Shown: positions 59,429 through 64,000 of the stretch, one piece after another
Layout of the letters: each line of letters begins with the position of its first letter
Numbering within the stretch: position 1 is the stretch's first letter
Notes under the pieces: model-generated
Database searches by the model: none
What the model saw: only the letters and a program-made list of their open reading frames with translations
Told to the model about the DNA's origin: nothing
Source: Lingula anatina
Taxonomy: Eukaryota; Animalia; Brachiopoda
Assembly (NCBI GenBank): GCA_051362555.1
Contig: CM120645.1
Span: forward strand, 22,506,001 to 22,570,000
DNA length: 64,000 nucleotides
Direction: 5' to 3'
Translations under genes and position numbers: made by a program

Positions 59429-61463
59429 AGATTACTTTTGTTAGAAAAATATAAAATATATTTATGATAAAACTTTCTAAATGGTAGAGTCTATGCATTG
59501 ATATGGTTTATGTACAGCCAAAATGCCAAGGGGGGGGAGACATTTTTGTGTTTTTTTTCTTTTTAATTTTCATCTGGAAAAAAAAACAGTCAAAATTTAG
59601 TTCTTCTCATAAACACAGTTTGATAATTTTATGCCACTTAGTTGCCCACTATGTATTGCGTGGGCCTAACATACCTTTGCCTTGAGGTATAACTGCATAG
59701 TTTTGCTCATCAAGCCCATCCTCCATGGCTCTGTTCACATCTCACATACGTTGGATTGGTGCTGAATTTGGATAAAATATTAATTAAAACATTTAGAGGT
59801 GAAAGTATATGTTTTATATGTGTTCATAAATATGTTTCTATATATATGCACTGCCCATTGGACTAATTTCTAGTAATTGACTGGCTGCCTGCATTTTAAT
59901 CTTTGATAAAAAAAAAAACTGAACAACATGCTGTGGATGATCTGGTTAATTACAATCAGCAGTGACTCATACTGCAATCCCTCTTTCTCAATGCCAAAAT
60001 TTTCATCCAGTATAGAACCTCTCCACATTTTCTGCCATGTGAACAAAACCGTCTCACTGCTGTTGCCAAGGTATGCATGTGACCTTAGCCGTGACCTTAG
60101 CCGTGACCTTATTAGCAAAGCTTGAATTACTGGCGGATAATCTTGGGATGATCCTGAAAAGATTACCTCAGAATGTGTTCAGGTGATTACTCAGGTAGGT
60201 GATGTGAGTTCCTAGAATGGAACTGAAAATATGGCAATATGGCAGGCTGAGATCACAGTTATAGGGAAATGTGGAGGAATCATTATTAGCTTAAGGTTAA
60301 TAGACTTAGTTTTATTCAAATGAAATACCAATATTTATTTTGGCTACTTGATGATTTTATGGCTCAAAAGCTAATTTTTACTCCTTGGTTTAAATGAGAA
60401 AAATAAGGAAAATTGTATTTAGGAGGACCGTTAACTCACACGTACGGTACATTTGCGCATGTTTACGGGATGTATTACCTGGGAAGGAGAATGTTTTTTG
60501 TCAGTTTGAAAGCTCAGTTCAAAGTACAACTTCCATTAATAACCCTGGGCATAACGTTGGGTGACATGAAACATGGCAGTGATTCATGGTGTCAGCTGTG
60601 ACGGCTTGTTCTGCCATGTTACAATGAAAGTGGGTTAAATGTTATAGCCTTCAATTATTGGAATGTCTTTGTCAATTTGAAATCAATTTTGCTAGTGCTT
60701 TCATTTCTTTTTTTTTTTTTTTTTTTTTTTTGTAGAAATCTGTTCCTGTTGAATCTGTGTTCAAAATGGGTTTACAGTAGTTATCAGGTATTTTGTCTTA
60801 AGGACTGCCAGTAGTTGTACAAGAAAAGCTGCTATTGTCCCAGACTGTACTGTATTTTGCAGATGTTACTTACAGTACTGGTACAAATGAAGTTGGCCTC
60901 ACAGTCTTTTGAATATTTGGATTGGATTACAGTTAGCATAACTTTAACTCTCGTATGTTAATTTGATATGCTTATATTCAAAAACATTGTTCTTTTTCAA
61001 TGACTTTTTGAATCGACAGATTTCTATGTTTTTGGTTATTGATAAAATCAGTACTTCGATTGGCTCATCAATTTTACGGAAAGATAAGAGCAAGCTGCAT
61101 CTGTTAGTTCAACACTTTTCATTTTATCGAGGTGGGTGGCGCCATGTGTTAGCAGCTAGTTTTTCATGGAACAGGGAGTTGCAGATCCTTATCATGTTGA
61201 AACTAAACACGTGTTGTTCAGGGTTCATTTTTTCAAAACTTAGTAACAGATCTTTTTAAACACCCCGTTAAAATCTCAGAAGTTTTTATGTTCTATAATT
61301 TCTTTCACCAAACACATTCCCAGAATTTTATCATGATCAGATAGCTATAGTAGTGCTTCTGAAAAATATTACCCCAATTCACAAAAAGTATTACTTTAGA
61401 CCCATCCTTCCTCCGTGAAGTTCTAGTATTTTCTCTCTCCACTAGAAAGTCCTTAATCAGCTC

Positions 61464-61482
61464 TAGTGCCCTCTAGTGGTCG
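61464..61482 (-). promoter_or_regulatory. CTCF-like motif
   Basis: - strand CGACCACTAGAGGGCACTA closely follows the CTCF core consensus. Confidence 0.45.
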
Positions 61483-61956
61483 GTGTTGTTGATCTCAACG
61501 AGATAGTAATTATTCGAAGGATGTAGAGCCACAGGAGCAAGGAGAGTGGAATATGGTGCCACTGAAGTCTTTTGAATTCTCTCACGCTTTGCTCTGGAGT
61601 ACATATACGTGTACATATTCTGATGTAATAAATTTAGTTCATTATGTTTACACGTAATGTGACATATTTTGTAAACTTTTTTTACGTAATGAATCTTTAG
61701 AATACCATACAGTTCATGACTGGATCTTTTCAGATACACACGTTTGGAATCATCAGAAATATATATCCACATATATGTAGCAGTTGTAATATTTTTAACT
61801 GCAGAAAATAAAACTCATCCAGTTTTGTTTCGACCACTCAATAGAAATTGTCTCATTATAAAGTATTTATGACTTAAAAATGTATTTAACTTTAAAATTC
61901 ATAACTTTCCCCCATTGAAACTACACAGTTCGTGTGTTTTCTCTTGTGCATGCATC

Positions 61957-61958
<2 letters not shown>

Positions 61959-62011
<53 letters not shown>
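61959..62011. repeat. (TG)n microsatellite
   Basis: direct reading; shorter tract at ~62714-62733. Confidence 0.95.
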
Positions 62012-62012
<1 letters not shown>

Positions 62013-64000
62013 ATTTCAATGAGATATTTTTAAAAGTTCATTGCAGAATGTTTCTCAAAATGGGTCATTTTAAGTACTAAACAGTTTGCCATGTAACCAA
62101 GTTATCATGTCAAGATCTTAATTGGTTTAGGTTTCTTCCAGTTCATGGAATAGAGATGTTAAGTAGGCTGATAGCAGTTTTGGATTCAATTATTTCCTTT
62201 TTTTGTGCTCAGCTAGTAGGCGGAACATAGAAATGGTTATAAAAATCCTTTTGGAAGCATAGCATCTCGCCATATAACTTTTAGTTAAAACATTTATATA
62301 AACTTGTAGATAAAACATTACAAAAGACATGTAAGCAAATTAAGATTTGAGCAGCTTAAAGTAACATGCCACAAAAAAAAAAAAAAAAAAAAAAAAAGCT
62401 TGGTTTCCTAAAGTGCACCAAATGATCCCTACAAGATTTATATTTGACAGCGTACGCAAGACAACCCCACGCCCCTCAGTGGGATGTCTGAATAGTATTG
62501 TCAGTGAAGCATTGTTCGAGGTTAGGTTCGAGTCTCTAGTGGAACCCTTAGATCTCCAGTTAACCTCTCTAGAGTTATGGTATATGCGTGTTGCAAAGAA
62601 AACTGACCTAAGTTTGCTGTTTAGATTGTGCAGGGATATCCACTGGTATCCAGGTTAAATTTAACTACTGTGGAAACCATTGATTAAGCATTTCAAATTT
62701 TCACATAAAATTTCGTTCATGAGTTCATAGACACAACCCCCCAAAAAATGAGATTTAAAAAACAAATTTTAAGGTGTGTGTGTGTGTGTGTGTTTTTGGG
62801 GGGGGTCACAGTACTACCACAGTGTAGTAACAATAATTCTGCTGTAGTTAAAATATTGTAGACATATACAACAAAGAGGCATTTAGAAGCATGCATGTGA
62901 ACAGAAGTAACTTGACTTGCTTCACTTGGATTGACTTGATTTATCAGATAATATTATAGTTGGAACCAATGGCTCCAATCTTGCAGTATATATCAGTTGT
63001 GGTGAATAAAAAAAATGAAGGGTTTAATCATTTGAAGTAACCTCCATTTAACTCATACTGCCTCAGTATTTGGAAAGCATATCACGTAAATCCACATTAT
63101 TTTAAAGAAGCAGAATGTGGCCTGTCTGGCTGGCTTCTCTGAACAGTAAAACCTGCACCTGTCTTTATGTAATGGTTATTCTGTACCAACATTTATTTCA
63201 GAAAAAAATGAGGTTTCTTGTTCTACAGAATGATGTCTGAGGCAGCTGCAGTTGAATCATGGTATTTTGTGCCTGGGTTTATGATGGGAAAATAGTTGAA
63301 AGTTTAAGCCAGTGATATTGGGGTTACATATGACATTTAATTGAGAGAATGAATTTTAGATTTAATGTAGTTATTTTGGCACCTGCTGTGATTGTGTTTT
63401 GACAACTGTGTGCTCATTAAAAATCTGGAAAAGTAACAATAACTCTAAAACTTGTCTTGGGTTTGTTTTATAGTGTTATTCTACCAGTATTGTCATATTT
63501 AGTCTCGCCAATTTTTCTTGCTGCATACAGAAAGAATCATCCTGAAGAGTGTGATCGTATCTTAATCGTAATTTTCAGCAGTAAGCAATAAAAATGCTAA
63601 AAAAATTTTTTGGGGGGAAATTAGTATATATTGTCTCATTAAGTACATGTAATTTGTCATTGTTTGTCTTGCCTTTAAGATCTGGTTATAAGCAATTTTA
63701 TCTAACAACTTGTTAACAAAATCATGCTAGTGTAGTAAGGGTGAGCCCCCCTCCCCCTCCCCCCAATGTTAATCTTCTAAGTCATTTCAGTTCCCTCATC
63801 TTATCCCCAAATAATGAAACAACCTGAACATTGGTAACACTTGAGCACATGTTGCCATGGTAGCAGTGATTAATGTAACAAATTGCCAATTACGTGCCAC
63901 AGTAAGCTGGGCAAATGTGAGTAACCCACGAATGTACAGGCAGTTCCAATGTGCTAAAGTTCCACATTGCAGGAGTTGACTAGCTACCAGATCAGCAGGT

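Overview
AT-rich eukaryotic (bilaterian invertebrate, probably lophotrochozoan/mollusc-like; this is an inference) genomic DNA. The main gene is a complete + strand L1-family cell adhesion molecule (neuroglian/L1CAM/NrCAM-like). I reconstructed it by hand as 23 coding exons from 24957 to 41331, with GT-AG introns and consistent phases, giving about 1264 aa: signal peptide, 6 Ig, 5 FN3, TM, and a cytoplasmic tail with FIGQY and C-terminal STFV. It probably has a very long first intron (~1.1-24.9 kb) and a ~2.7 kb 3' UTR. Downstream lie Helentron-type (HINE/pearl-like) elements with satellite-like tandem arrays and a young 5'-truncated CR1/L2-group LINE on the - strand (47710-50618). The LINE's 5' junction is fused to a ~380 bp near-identical copy of sequence lying 1.8 kb further on. 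After that come the probable promoter and non-coding first exons of the next gene. Introns carry many MITEs: PIF/Harbinger-like with TWA TSD, one Zator-like, one with a 9-bp TSD (Mutator-like), and CAGG-ended families with unusual 5-6 bp TSDs. No RNA genes or CRISPR arrays were seen. I found no clearly new biological system. The most unusual signals are the templated duplication at the LINE junction, the 5/6-bp-TSD MITE families, and several candidate isoform switches in the L1-type gene. All coordinates were counted by hand and no database search was run.
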